Under the pieces are notes generated by a model. It saw only the letters and a list, made by a program, of their open reading frames with translations, had not been told where the DNA came from and made no database searches. DNA of 57,421 nt, filler included, from Dirinaria sp. TL-2023a (lineage: Eukaryota): NCBI GenBank assembly GCA_051941275.1. It is 6 parts of 6 records of this genome, joined end to end, with 100 filler letters (N's around TTAATTAATTAA, not from the genome) between each part and the next. Parts side by side here need not be neighbours in the genome. Positions count along the whole stretch, not along the records: positions 1 to 9,498 come from JAVEBF010001044.1; positions 9,599 to 19,092 come from JAVEBF010001045.1; 4 more parts are not named here. One strand, given 5' to 3'. How positions within the stretch are numbered: position 1 is the first letter of the stretch; the number at the start of each line of letters is the position of its first letter. The position numbers were made by a program, and so were the translations under genes. Positions 1 through 13,718 of the stretch are shown one piece after another.

Positions 1-3000
1 TTCCCTTCCCCTTTCGCATTCCGAACCCACCGGCTTTCCCCCCGCCGCCGCCAGCGGCTTGTTCGGTGGCTGAGATGCCGTTGTAATCGGGAACGGAGGT
101 GGTGGGATCGAGGCTGGAAGTCGTGGCGCGGCGGAGTAACGTGGGGACTTTGAAGGTTGTGGAGGTGGTGCTGGTGTCCGGGCCGAAGGCCATGCGGGTG
201 GAGAGGGAGGAGGTCGAGGTCGAAGCGCGGAGGAGAGCGAGGCGGTCGGTGAAGGAGGGGTTTTTATTCGTGCGGCGGGTTGATGGCGCGGGTGGAGGCA
301 GCATGGATGTTGTCGTGTTGTTGTCCCCTTCATTTCCGCCCATATGAGTGGTTTCGTTGTTGGGAAGGCCGTTCTCGTCTTCGGAATTCGAGGCTGATGA
401 TGCATTCTCCGTAACGAACGACGCTGATTCCGGCGTTTCGATCAGGAACGAAACGCTCTCTCTGATTTCGGCAAGAGTAGCAGGTCTCCTACCCTTCGTT
501 CTCCGCGCGGCAGGTGGTGGACGGTTGGCTGAATTGGGGAGAGATTCTTCAAGAGGTCGTTTGCGTTTCGTGCCGCCTTCTGATTCGGTTGCCACGGGTT
601 GACTCTGCGAACCTGTCACTTCATGCGTGCCTCCCTCGCCTTGCTCATCGCCCTCTGGATGGTCTAGAAAATCCATTTCTCCGTCGTCTGCTCTGTCCTC
701 AATGGCCCTCAGAAAGGCCATCTTCTTTGGATCTTCAGCAATTTTTCCAATTCGCTCGTCTTCCAGCAATGCCTTTCGCTTCTTGGCCTCCTGCAAGCGG
801 CGAGCTCGATGTCGGGCTTCGGCGTCGTCATCCGAATCGCTGAGGTCCAAGTCTGCGCCGGCACCACGGTTGCGGCGGAGACCGCCTGTCTGCAGGTCTC
901 GGTAAAGCTTGTTGATGTTGGCTTCGTCCTGAACGCGCTCCTTATCTCTTTGCAACCACTCGAATCAGCCAATGTAGGGATCTAGATGTAGGGGGGAGAT
1001 TCAATGACGACCTACGCATGAAAAGCAGCCAGCTTCCTCTCGTCGACTTCAACATCCCCATGGTCGATCATTTGCCGTGCCTCTTCGTCTTCTGAGCCAC
1101 CGCTCTCATCGTCACTCACACCACCAAGTCCAGCGTATTCGTCCTCGGATTCCAAGGCCTGTTCTTCGACCATCTCTTTGGCCTCGCTTTTCTTTTTATC
1201 GTATGCTTTGGTAGTCACCGCTGCCGCCCGCTTTCTCTTCATCACATCAAAGGCGTTCGCTGAAATCTCGAAGTCTGCTGGTTCTCGAGCTTTGTGGCTA
1301 TCATCATCGTTTGCTTGGTCGGTGGCATCGTTGTTGCGGCGTTGGAGACGGCCTTTTTTCTTCTTCACTGGCGACTCTGGGCCTGGTAGAACCACCGTAT
1401 CGACAGTCGAAGGCGGAGGGTTAACAAACCGATTAGCTGCAGGAGACGAAAGACCGAATCCTACGTCTTGGGTAGGATCTGGAATTTCATCGTCTTGAGT
1501 CGCGGAAAGCAATCTTTGGGATTCCTGAGCGTTGTCGTACTCTATTTGCGATTGCGAGAAGTGAAGGCTGATGTCTTCATTTGCAGTGGAGCCCTGAACC
1601 ATAGAGTCTTTGCCATTTTGACTGTCCATTACCATGGACTCGGTATCATTCGGATCGAACACTGGGAAATCTGGCTCGGGGACAAAGCCTAGGACTTGAA
1701 GTGAGTCTTGATTCTGGTCAACGATCATATGACCCGGAATTTGGTCTTGAGTATCTGCCATTGTAGCGGCGAAGGCTTGTGTCATCCCCATCATTGGCAT
1801 GTTTGGTCCTCTAGAAAAACCTAAGTCAGGAATTATGGGCTTCCCTGGGGTATCCTCGGTGGGAGGACTCGGGTTTACAAGTGGCTCTTGGAGTGGCTCC
1901 TCATCATCGTCATCGTCAATAACACGGGTAGCTCGAGCTTTTCGTTGAGGAAGTGGGACATCGATTTCTTCGTCTCCCGTGGTCTCGTCAGCAGCCAATT
2001 CGATTTCTTTTGCTGACCCTTCGTTTTGAGAGTCTTCGGAAGCTTCGTCCTCGATGAGCCCGTTCCTGTTACGAGTATTGCCGTCCACGCCGACACCACC
2101 AATCGCCTCATCATCCTCGCCGCCACCTTCGCTATTCTCGGAGCCGCTAACATCTTCATCGCTACTACCACCCTCCTCATCTGAACCAGATAGCTCAGCC
2201 CCAGATGCATTGTCTCCGTTCTCTTCATAGTCCTCGTCTTCATCGCTAGTATTGTCGAGGGAGACAAGTTCACCATTGGCCCGCTTCTCGTTCCGAACAG
2301 CATCCTTCTCTTTCCTCTTAATTTCTTCAGCTTCCTTTCTGGCTTTTTCCACCAAGTCTTCTACTTCGACTTGATCCTTCTGCCTCTCTTCTGCAGTCTG
2401 AAAGATCACACCTCTGGCTTTCAGGTCCTGTATTTTTTCCGCGCGTTCTGCAGCCGCTTGCTGTCTTGCACGCTGCCTGAGAGACGTCTGCATATCCGAC
2501 AAAGTCATTGATGCTCTAGTTCTGCCACACTGCTTCTCTGGTGATTGAAGATGAGCTAGCGCACGGAGTTTCAGCAGCGAGCGACCTTCGCCGGCTTTCG
2601 TCGTTGGCAAGCGATTAAAGGCATCCAATCTAGACTTAGAAACTTGCCGCGGTAGGATTTCAAGGTCGCTATCGGAGTCTTGGCCTTGCAGCTTGGAGCG
2701 GCTGGCAGACTTCTGAAGCCGGATCTTGATCGGAAGTCGTTTAAACTCAGTATTAAATTCATCAGCCGAATCCCCTGATGTTATAGGGTCAGGGGCAGCC
2801 GCCTTTTCTTTACCTTTAGAGGCTGCGGGCTGAGGATTATCGATAATATTCTGAATGGTAGGCAGTTCGCTGTCGGAATCGAGATGCTCTTCGGCAACAG
2901 CAGAGGTCTGAATCGACCCATCGGCGTCCTCTGCAACGGCAAGTTTACAAGCTAGGTCGCTAGGTCTCAGAGGGCTGGTTGGTGGGGTCGCGTGCGCTTG

Positions 3001-4104
3001 GCCGTTCTCCGCATCAGACGCAGGCACAGAGCTTGCAGCGGTGGATGAGCTTAGAGCTTGTTGAATCTCTGCATTTGATGGATCTGATGTACGGAAATTG
3101 AATCTTGCAAACAGGCTTTCCTTAGTGATTTTCTTCTTAGTTCGCGCCTGATGAGCCAGCTGCATATTTCGATTCATCCTCTGTGTCTCTCTGTTCATCT
3201 CTTCCAGGGCCTTCTTACTCGCTTTACGCGTTGGACGAGCTTGTTGGGTCAATTTCTTGGCGCCAGCATTGTCATCGCTTTCATCTTCAGAGACTCCTAA
3301 TGCTTTCGCGGAATTTTCCCTGAGACGTGCCTCCCTGGCTGCTTTTTTCTCAGCTTCCACTGCCTGCTTGGCCTCCCTTTCAGCCCTTTTCCGAGCAACA
3401 AGCGCAAGGAAGCGCTGGTTTGCATGTGGATCTGGCGAGTCACGATCCGAATCCTCTTCATTGCCCAAGTCTTGATGATTTATAGATGGTGATGCTGCTT
3501 CTGGGGTGGGCGACAGTCCGGGGGGGCGGTTTGAACGTCCTGCCGGTGTTCCTATGGGAGACAGCGACGCTCTCGGTTCTTTTCTGGATTGGAGCCTTTG
3601 CCGTCTACCTGACGGGGCGGTCGTGCCGTCTCCATCTCCCAGTATCGCCTGGTTGAAGCCCTCTGTTGACGCTTCCCTGCTCATATGATTGGGAAGCAGC
3701 TGCTTCTTAATCCGCTCGTAGGCATTTCCTTCGGGCCCGTCTTCCTCTGAGCTGATTTTTATATCATTGAACGAGGTTTTGTTTTGTAGGCGGGCTGCAA
3801 GTCTTCCCCTTGGTACTACTGGAGCATCATCGCTTTCCTCAGCACTGTCCTCTCCGGATTCGTGAGTTGAAGGTCTTGGTGACGCGGGATGTCTGTTCAC
3901 ATGATCTGTACTGCTGTCATTGCCATGTATTGTAGAGGCTTCAACGCGTGCTTCGCTGTCCGACTCATCATCCACTGCGGCCAGCATAGCTTTGATTTTG
4001 CTCCTGGGCGTGAGTTGCTGCGGTGAGCCGAGGTTCGAGCTCCTCGAAGGTGAAAGCACTGCCGCCAAAGAGGGCGAACGATACAGTTTGACTGGCGAGC
4101 CCAT
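1..4104 (-). CDS. MRC1: Mediator of replication checkpoint Mrc1/claspin-like protein (3' end truncated by window)
   Basis: 1030-aa acidic/coiled-coil ORF ending in MRC1-domain-like EMVEEQALESEDEYAGLGG...IDH. A GT-AG intron at ~948-1015 continues the frame as DKERVQDEANINKLYRDLQTGGLRRNRG towards the window edge. Confidence 0.85.
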
Positions 4105-4215
4105 GGTGAAAGATCGAGTATTGAGATGCTCTGATTGTTAAATCAGCATATCCTTCATGGTTGACACCACTGGCATACCTTCAATGTCAATTGATACCAA
4201 TGCCGATCCCCACCG

Positions 4216-4254
4216 ACGCGAAACACGGCCTCGCGACCACCTGCTCAGACGCGT
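4216..4254. promoter_or_regulatory. MCB/SCB-like G1/S cell-cycle elements upstream of MRC1
   Basis: ACGCGAAA at 4216-4223 and ACGCGT at 4249-4254, 110-150 nt upstream of the ATG. MRC1 is an MBF target in yeasts. Confidence 0.55.
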
Positions 4255-4974
4255 TTTTAGTGCGTGCATAACACTTAGCAATGCTTGGCACCAGATAGAC
4301 TGCATGCGACTACAGAGTTATGTACAGTACCTTACATAAGGTAATGTAAAGCAGGTAAGGTATGATTAGGGGCTCGAACCCATGTCAGCAAAGTGACCCT
4401 GAATAAGTCTTTGCGGAGTTGTGCAGGGAATGCACGCCATTCGAAGCACCAGAACGTTATCATCTGAATTACTGGTCCATCATAGACCACCCACGAAATG
4501 AATTGAATATCTCTATGAGAGAAAGTCTGGCCCACGCAAGGAGCTCATCAGGCTGTTCTACCGAAATCCTAAAATCGGCAAGGTCAAAAAAGGAACGGAA
4601 ATTAGCACGGTTCGGAAGCCAGTATGTAGATTCAAGATTTGCTCAGTGTTTCTCATATGAGACATTCTGCTATCTAGATTCACCATTAGGTCCATGATTC
4701 CAACTTCCGTTCCCTCGTACACGACAACCTTGACACCTGCTCTTCAACTCCGAGATTATGCTATCGATGTGATCGTCGTGCTCGATAAATAAATGCCGCG
4801 CCTATTGATACCAACATGCCCAACCAAGCGGTTACTATGTACAATGAGATCTCCTGAAGCTCTCTTCCAGCAATGAACACCGGCGTGCGGAGTGGCTTTC
4901 GAGCGATATTCGGTCGCGCGCACTGGGCGTGTCAAGGGGCCCCATGCTGGAGCGCCCTGTGGGCAACTATCTCG

Positions 4975-6715
4975 TCAAGGGACAACTGTCTGGCCGTTTG
5001 GTCCTTGTCGCCTCGTGCTAGAATACTTCGAGCTCGCTCCAGGAGGCTGGGGCAAGGGTCCTGAAGGGGGCGGCGCGGGTCGAATTGGCAAACTCGTAGC
5101 GGAGCCTAAGCCATCACTCTCTTTCGAGCCGCGGCTTGGAGGGATGTTCGGGTTGTAGCCAGGTGAGCGAACTTGGGCAGCAGTCGCAGCGCTAAAGCCA
5201 CCTGATTCTCTTGAGCGGACAGGCGCGATGAGCGAATTGCTTGAAGTACGTGGCGGGAAAGGACGTTCAGGACCAGAGCTCTGGGAGGAATAAAGACCTG
5301 CGCCATTGGCATCATTCTGTTGGGCACGGTTGGGAGGTGGTTCGGCTCGTGCAGAGTGCTTGACGTCCTCGCCGATGGGGATTTCCCCTGAAGTTGGTGT
5401 TTTTGACGATGCGGACGAATCTAATGAGGGTGACTTTGCTGTGTCTCCGCGGAGGAGAGCTTGAGTAGAAGGGGAGAGCTGTGGAGCAAGGTGGGATTTA
5501 CGATTGTGCCTCTCCATCATTGAAACAGCCCAGTCTTCTAGGTCGACCGGTGTACGCTTGGCAGCCGCAAGGAAGCTATCGTGGTCCTGCACGAAGTTAG
5601 TCGAGCACCTCTGATAGTAGGCCATCCTACATACATATAATTGTCTGGGTGTAGGCCGTTCTTCGGGGTTCTTGAGTAAACATTTCTGAATCATCTGATC
5701 GAGTATAGCTGGAAAAGCATCGCTCTTCGGTAAAGTGGGGGCTGGCTCGTGCACAATTTGTTGCAGAAGATCCAGGATACCCATAGGACCGGCACTGGCT
5801 CTGTCCCCAGCGGCTGCATCGCTTGCGTCGAATGGAAATCTTCCGATGGCTAGTTCCATAATAGTCAATCCAACGCTCCAAATGTCTGATTTTATGGAGT
5901 ATTTGGCGCCCTGAATCCGCTCTGGAGCCATGTATGTAGATGTGCCGACGAATGTATCTGCGATGGAGTTGACGAGTTCTCCCGAAACGCCAAAATCGCA
6001 TAGTTTGATGCTGCCTTTCGAGTTGACAAGAACATTTGAAGGTTTGATGTCGCGGTGCATGATGCGGTGGATCTCGTAAAGATAATTGAGCCCATTCAAG
6101 ATGGCTTCTGTAATCTTCCCTAGCACATCTACTCGGACAGGGCCAAAGTCCTTGGATATTCGATCGAGAGAGCTACAGCTTCAGCTAAAGGCGAGGTTCC
6201 CTCGAAGCAAGATCGTACTTACCCGCAGTCCATATATTCCATACACATGATTACGTCTCCCGAGTTACTCAGGAAAGCTCCGTAGAAGGTGACTATGTTA
6301 GGTGATGTACAGTCGTGCATGATGTGGAGCTCGCGAACGATTTGCTTCCGCACTTTTTCTTTCGCCTCGACATGGATGACCTGCATTGGGTGAGCTTTTA
6401 TTGGATCAAGCCCGCCCTACTCCATCCAGTACAGACCTTCTTTGCCATTGTGACTTTTGTAGCGGCATGCATGACTTTGCTGACAGTCCCTCCATTTCCA
6501 GCTCCGAGCTCTTTGATCACGACCAAGTCCTCGCTACGGAGATCCAGCTTAAATTCTACGCCGATCTCCAATGTATCTGGTCTCTGTACATTTCCAATAG
6601 CGCCCGGGATCTGAGCGTCGCCTGCGGAAGGCGTCGGAGGCTTCGAGGGCGGATTGCTCAAGGCCAGACCCTTGACATTCTTGCGTTTCATGGTCCGAAC
6701 CTGGAAGTCAGACAT
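4975..6715 (-). CDS. STE7: MAP kinase kinase, Ste7/Byr1/MkkB type
   Basis: N-terminal docking motif MKRKNVKGLAL, GAGNGGTV, HRDIKPSN, DFG, activation loop SIADTFVGTS, APE. Introns 6381-6436, 6173-6222, 5587-5634. Confidence 0.92.
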
Positions 6716-7385
6716 GGTGGCGGAAGGTGACGAAACAAGCAAAGAATGGATGCTGTATGATATAAGACAGTAAGATAAGCCAACGCTGAGCCAGGTTAAG
6801 TGGCTTGAGTCATGTAAATCAGGTCAAGCGAGCGGCGTGTGACTGCGGGAGTCGGAGATAGACAGCGGTTTCGGCTTGGATTTGGCGCTAAATGCATACG
6901 TATCAGGTGGTCATGCTTGGTCTTGCAAGATAGCCCCAGTAAGGGGAAGTGGGAGAAAGCAATGTAGAGCTCGTTTGATAGAGACCGGAGGTGACAGCTG
7001 TTAGAGTTTCGTTCCTGGGTACTAGTACTGTAGCTGCTATTCTTGGAGGGGTGAAGTGAAGTGAAGCCGAACGCTGCGATTGGCGGACGGAGCACATTGC
7101 AGATGAGTAAGCAATTTCACTGTCAGCCAATCACGCCAGAGTGTGGCCCCATCGTCTTTGATTACCTGAACATTAAAGGTCCGCTTACTCGGTACTCCTT
7201 ATTACATTTCTCGCCTACCTTATCAAGAGTCGGAACACGGCGTGTTAATATTATCATTGCAAGCCCAGTGGAGGCGCGTGCAGTAGCTTGACCCAACGTA
7301 AGGTAGCTTTCAGCTAGCCAGCTGTTCCATTGCAATTGGCAACGCGGCAGCAGCAGCAGCCAGCAGAGCAGCAATCAGAAAAGCC

Positions 7386-8637
7386 ATGTCAGTCACTGCC
7401 ATTTCTGCAACTTCGAAAACTCGCGCTGCTTGTGATGAGTGCCGTAGGCTGCTTCTCTTCCGCCACAGCATGCCTTCGTTGACTGTAAAGGCCAGGCACG
7501 AGGAAGCTCAAGTGCTCAGGTGAGGCAGAAGGCTGCTCACGATGTCGTGCAGAGAATATCAATTGCCATTACTCGGTTCAGCGGCAGATGGGCAGGCCGC
7601 GAAAGCGGCGGCAACGAGAGGGTGACGATGTTAATATAGTTGACTCATCGAATAATACTGGGTACACAATGCCAGTGACTGAGGCAAGTTCAGCTTCAAC
7701 TCAAGTGCCTGATATGGCGCCTTTTCGATACCCATCCGAAGGATTCAGCTTCGACAACGTACCTTTGAATGATTTGGGCGACCTCAACAATGGCCCACTC
7801 GCTGGAAGTATACTGCAATATCCCAACGGTGTCCTCGGCAGCGAGGGTCCAGGCTCATTCCTTGTTGATGGTCATTCTGGCCACGGTGCCTCTGCCAGTA
7901 GTTCGGGAGCAACGGTGCCCATGAATGATCCACAGCTCATGCCCCTTCCCGCGCAGATTTTGTCCACAGAGAGCTCACCCGCATATAATGATCAAAGAGA
8001 GCAGACTGTGTCTACATCCGGTTGTTCTTGCTTATCCAATCTCTACGCTACGCTCTCTTCGTTTCAATCGTTACCTCCGCCCTCATTCCCTTACTCGATG
8101 AGTATTCTTCACAAAGCCACGAATGTGGCTCGAGGAGCTTGCTGCTGCGAGAACTGTCCAACACAGTATGCTTCTGCCTTACAAAACCTGATGCTACTCA
8201 GCACCCTTCTGCCTTTAATCTCTCACGGATATGCAAATCTCTTATCACACTTGGACGAGAGGGCATCAAGGACCGAATCTGTCACTATGCGGCTTGGCGA
8301 ACACGACAAGACGCTCGATGATGTGCTCAAGCACACCGGTACTATCGATTGTCCCATGTCGTTCGATGTTGACCTGACTGCAGAGGAGTGGCGCTCGGTG
8401 GCACGGAAGGCTATCAGACGAAAAGTCATCGGGAACGCAGTGACAGACACAACTTTGTTAGGAGTAGTCAACAGTCTGGAAAACCGGCAAAGATCTTGGC
8501 ATGAACATCCCATATTGGCTGAATTTCAGCATGGGAAAAGTTGCAGAGAGCATGGATCCGAAGTCGGCGAAGAGCATACCTGTCTGAAGATGCTAGCCAG
8601 GGTGCGGGTCTCTATCGAGGCACTAGACCTAGATTAA
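7386..8637 (+). CDS. Zn(II)2Cys6 transcription factor
   Basis: Splicing out intron 7444-7495 gives MSVTAISATSKTRAACDECRTRKLKCSGEAEGCSRCRAENINCHYSVQRQMGRPRKR, joining the 349-aa ORF. Confidence 0.9.
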
Positions 8638-9498
8638 AGGCCAATGAGCCGTGCAATATCAACTTTTCGGGAACGGAGTATCTCAGTCCTCTTTCTTGGC
8701 ACAAATATTCTACTTCTCACATTCATGAAGGATTGTCATGTGCCTAGGATATTCCAATAAGGACCTACAAGAAAGCACAATCGGCATCCAGCTTAAGGTC
8801 TATCAGCGAAGATGCTCATTGCTAGCCTACTCAAGACAAGTTAGAGTTTCGGCTGATGAAAAGTACTTGAACGAAATGCTATATGGAGATGAGTGAAAGA
8901 GAATCTCGTGCAGCCAAATTCTTGGTAACAGACAACAAGTACAGGAAGACATGCTCCATTGGACTTCGCAAATATCAATTCTATTAACCCCTTTCGGAAG
9001 CGGAAGCAGTCAGAGAAGTTGATATCTCATTAATTACGGATGGCACCGTCCAGAACGTCTAAGTAGCGCGATGTATGTCAAAATGAGGTCTTTCGGTGGA
9101 CTGCAGGTGCGCTTTGATGGGTACAGGTGGATGATTGGAAAAATAGCGAGATGTCTCATCTTTTAGGCTATGTTCCGAGGAATCTTCAATTGCCCGTATT
9201 TTTGGCGTAGGTCGCGCTAAGTAAAGACCTGAGTTATTATATCTATGAAATATTGCCCAAGTTGCTCATGGTGAAAAAGGCTTAGATTCATCGCGTCAAA
9301 AGAGACAATTCCATTTCATGTTGATCTTGAACGAGCAAAGAGGCGGTGAACGATGATCAGTGATGTATTATAAGGAAAGCTGAGATTCGAGAACAGGTTG
9401 TTGCCCTTTTTGAAATTTGAGCTACTAGTTTGCTATTGTTGCATTCTTTCTCTTTCTAAACATGCCTTATGATAGCAAAATATCGCTCTTCTCCGTTT

Positions 9499-9598
9499 NN
9501 NNNNNNNNNNNNNNNNNNNNNNNNNNNNNNNNNNNNNNNNNNTTAATTAATTAANNNNNNNNNNNNNNNNNNNNNNNNNNNNNNNNNNNNNNNNNNNN
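9499..9598. other. Artificial contig linker
   Basis: N44-TTAATTAATTAA-N44, exactly 100 nt, with stops in all six frames. Confidence 0.98.
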
Positions 9599-9826
9599 GT
9601 GTATATTAGACGTAAGGTAGGCAGAATTGATTGCGTGGGAAGACTTTGGTCGAATGTGATTTCAGCTAGCTAGCTACCGTGAGGAGACATAAATTTTGAT
9701 AGTGATAGTCCTTAACACGAAAAGCCCGAATGAGGTGCGTCCCACCACATGACCCGAGAATCCCTTGTCCCCCACTCCAAACCCACCTAACAAAACCCTC
9801 AAACATGCTGAATCTATCTCCCACCC

Positions 9827-11033
9827 TTACTTCTTCGGCCGAATCGGCACTTTATCTTCAACATAATCAAAATGGCCAACCAGACTGGTCAAAAACACGT
9901 CCGCGGGGCCTTTGGCACCCTTGGGCTTGCCGCCGCCCAAAAAGGCCAGGGGGAACCCGACATCGAACTCGGCCGCACCCTCGATCTCGTCCATGTCCTG
10001 CGGGCTCAGCTCCAGGGCCAGGGCCTCGATGTTGCCCTTGAGGTGCTCGATCTTGCGGCCGCCGACGATGGGGAAGACGTAGGGCGCCTTGTGCAGCACG
10101 TACGCCAGCGCGACAGAAGTAAGAGCCGTGTTCTTCCGCTCCGCGATCGCGTTCAGCACTTCGGCCACCTGGACCTGTTTGTCCGAGGCCTCGCCCATGT
10201 TGCGCCCTTCGCCTTTGGCCGCGTCTTTCTGTTTTTGGGTTTTGAATTTCCCGCCCCCGAGGGCGCCCCAGGGTGCTAAGCCCATGCCTTCCGCCGCCAC
10301 CATGTGCAGGATGTCCCGCTCGAAATCGCGCTCCGCGGCCGACCAGCGCCCCTGGTAGACGACGAACTGCCGCAGGCCTTTCTGCCGCGCGTATTCGTTC
10401 GCTTTGGAGACGATCCAGGCGGGCGTGTCGCTGATGCCGAGGTAGAGGACTTTGCCCTGCTCGACGAGGGTGTTGAGCGAGTGCATGATCTCGGGGATGC
10501 TGGTGGTGAAGTCCCACCAGTGGAGGTAGAGGAGGTCGATGTAGGAGGTTTGCAGCTTTTTGAGGCTGGCGTCGACGCTCAGCCGCAGGGATTTGGCGTT
10601 GTTGCCAAGGTAATTGGATTGGATGATGCCGTCGAAGCCGTCGTGCGCTCTGTAGCCCGTGGTGAATTTCGTGGCGATGACCATTTGGTCGCGGAAGTCG
10701 GACGGTTTCGAGGCAAGCCATTCCCCGATCCAGAGCTCGGATTGTTCGTCTTGGTAGTTGTTCGATGTGTCGATGAAGTTGCCGCCTTGGCTGTGGAAGA
10801 AGTCAAGGAGCGAGAAGACATCGGATTTGGACATCGCGCCCATCATTTCTCCCCTGTGCGAAGGTGTTAGGACAAAGTTTCTTGGGGGGAAGCGTGTGTG
10901 GCATCTACCATGCGTCGCCGAAATTCATGCCTCCCAGGCATAACGGGCTTACTCTAATGCCAGCGCTGGGGGAAAGAAGGCGATGACGGCCTAGAATGGT
11001 CTTAGGTTCTGGAGGTTGAGTGAAGAATCCCAT
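9827..11033 (-). CDS. Aldo-keto reductase, aryl-alcohol dehydrogenase / norsolorinic acid reductase-like
   Basis: Exon 1 [42 protein letters not shown], intron 10854-10908, then [45 protein letters not shown]. Confidence 0.92.
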
Positions 11034-11763
11034 GATTGGTGATCTGGACCGAAATTGAAGAGGACGGACGAGGTAAAAATCTCAGGCGGTTGATGCGGTT
11101 TGTGACTGATAGAAGTCAGGGTTGGCGGTTTTATATATCAAGAGATCAGGTAAACAGCTTCAAATGTGAACCGCCGTCTGGTGATTGAATTCGCGATGAT
11201 GTCAGAAAATAACGGGAATATCAAGTCAATCTCCATGTTATCTCCGGGGTAGCGGAAATCGGATCGAATCCTCATCCGATCGCAAAATTTGGAAGTACGT
11301 GCAAGGAAGGATGCGTCCTCGCAGTAGGTAGGCGGAAGGATCTAGGTTGCAGCGTCTGCAAGTTTTTATGATATGCCAATCGTAAATTCATTATTGGACT
11401 TTGCAACTTCAGCTTCCCCATACCTGCTGTTTGAATAAATGATGAGAGGCCTCTGAGAGAGAGAGAGTTCTTCGTCCGCGCTTTTATTTTGGAATATTAA
11501 TCGTATGAGACCTCTAGAATGTCCCAAGTAACCTATATACAGCTACCGAAGCGAAGATATACTGCTTGATGTCATGCATCCCATAGCCAAATACTCGCAA
11601 TCATACTTACGCAGGGGGTATAGAGCAAAGCAAAGTATACTGCAACGATGAGAGCGGATGCAAAGCAAATCCAACAGCACAAAGAAAACGCCGTAGCCAT
11701 GCAGTAGATGAAGTCGTCGCCGAAAAGTCACGGCATGAGACTCTGTAGCCAGAAGGCCGAACA

Positions 11764-13718
11764 TTATTGATCGAAGCCGGTAGGATGGCTTCCTTCTTCG
11801 TCGCCTTCGATCGTCTTCCGCCAATGCTCGGGAAGGCAAACGCAGACAAGCTCGTCCCGAATCAGCTAGCTCTTGCAACAGGGGAAGGTCGATGCTTACC
11901 GGGAACGCTTTAACCTCGTCACCTAGAGTCGGGGACTGGCCACCACCATAACCGTTTGATACTCCGCTATCCCTCTGTATCTTGTGCTTCCCCAAATAGT
12001 CTTCTGCTCGCTCGTTCACCCGTACGCCAGTCGCCCATCCATCGTCCCAGATACCGACGACCCGAAGCATATCGCCTCGCTCAAGCTCAAATTCATCGCC
12101 CGCTCGAGGCTGATATGCCCACAATGTGGCAACCGTATCGCCAGGGCGGATATCGTCTTGGGAGTAGTAATCCTTGAAGTTTGCCAATTGTTCGGATTGG
12201 CCGCTACCTAGGCCTTCTGGCGATGAATTGTGGCCAGAATGAGGCGAACTGCTGTCGTCGAAGCCAAGCATAGATTGGCCAGACAGAGACCCATTTCTCC
12301 TACCAGTAGTAGGTGGTGCTTTACCTCCCCTTGATTCTGGTGTGTTGCCGTACATATCAGAGTCAGAGGTCTCGCCGTGGCCTCGGTCTCTGCTAAAAGT
12401 CCCTGCGACAGCGGGGACATTACCATAAGAATGTGAATCACTAGAAGTACCTTCCAAAGCGGACATCCTAGTAACACGCCCTACAGGATTGCTGCCATAT
12501 CCCAACTGGTTGCTTGGGTCATTTCCTGGTGCCAATGACATATTCGGCTCACCTCTACGCGGTGGCGATGGCTGGTTGAAGACGCTGCTTTTTTGACTGC
12601 CTCGACGTCTTCGAATATAGAGGATTAACAACACCAGTAGACCAATCAGTAGCAATGCTCCCAGCACAGAGCCAATTACTATGGCAGCAATCTGGCCTCC
12701 TGAGAGACCGTGGTGCCCATTTGTACCCTTTTTGACAGCTGGCGCCCCTGTTGCCGACGAGGTACCATTGCCCGTGGATGACGGGAATAATGGAGGTAAC
12801 GAGGAGGTCGACGGCAAAGTAACCCCTGTGCACTTATTGGTGACGTTGGACGCTGCACAGCATGAATCTGTGGCGTTCGGCGAACTCGAGGCGCAATATC
12901 CGCATAGGCCCTGTAGATTGGTAGAAAACCCGCAACTGTTGGGTTCGTTTTCCTCCCCGGTAATACACTGCTGGCTGAGTGAGTTACTTGGCAGCGCACA
13001 GTTTGTGAAGTCTGCCCGTATTTGGCTAAGAAAGTCGGCATTGGGACCGTCGCAGAGCTGGCTGTCGACAGTGATCTCTTCTTCGCTCGTCGCTTGTTGA
13101 GCCTGTACAGTGTTAGGACTTGATTCCCCACTTCCTAGTCTAAAACTCACGCATGTCTCGGCGCAAAGAGGCCGGGACGCCGTAGACGAGAGCGAGCAAG
13201 GTGTGATGGAGTTTTGGACAATGGCATTACATATTACACTAGTCGTGTATCGTGCGTAGAGACTTGTGGTATTCGTAAGGTTAACATTATTACAGCCTAG
13301 TAGCTGCTGGTATCTGGACGAATGCAGTAATTAGCGGAGAGACTACACGCGTGAGCGTGACTTAGGACCTACTTTAGTTGAATGTAATTTGTCGTAACGT
13401 ACTGGCTCAGTCGCTGGTCGAAGCTCTGTACATCCGAAACGAATTGAAGGAATGGGCTACAGAGTATCAGCGCGGGCAGCCCCTTCAGTCTAAGCCTCCA
13501 TTTCCTTACTATTGGGACGTGAGTCCTGTCGATATTGACGAGGCATTGAAGGCCGAGCATTGTGTCGAGTTCGAAAGAGGGATGCAATTCTGGGAGCGGG
13601 CAACAGGAGTCGCAGAAGCGAGGAATGTGAAAAGCGCTATCTGCAAGCTTGCCGTCCGCCTTCTTCTGCTTCTCCGCCTTCTCTCAGACGAAGCTTTTCC
13701 CTCTTCTTGGGACCTCAT
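11764..13718 (-). CDS. Single-pass membrane protein with Cys-rich ectodomain and C-terminal SH3 domain
   Basis: Hydrophobic N-terminal segment, Cys-rich exons (introns ~13463-13509, ~13313-13371, ~13101-13150), TM IAAIVIGSVLGALLLIGLLVLLILYI followed by RRRR, SH3 ATLWAYQPRAGDEFELERGD...WDDGWATG. Intron ~11851-11899 gives the final exon LVCVCLPEHWRKTIEG...FDQ*. Confidence 0.85.

Noticed and set aside
8760..9498. Possible decayed gene downstream of the first Zn2Cys6 gene
   Set aside because: Only short stop-interrupted frames with no recognisable motif.
9867..10870. Long alternative-frame and antisense ORFs (284 aa, 188 aa) over the aldo-keto reductase
   Set aside because: Explained by high GC3 codon bias of the real gene; no recognisable motifs.
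7386..11033. Zn2Cys6 regulator plus aldo-keto reductase as a secondary-metabolite cluster
   Set aside because: A linker lies between them and no PKS/NRPS backbone gene is present.
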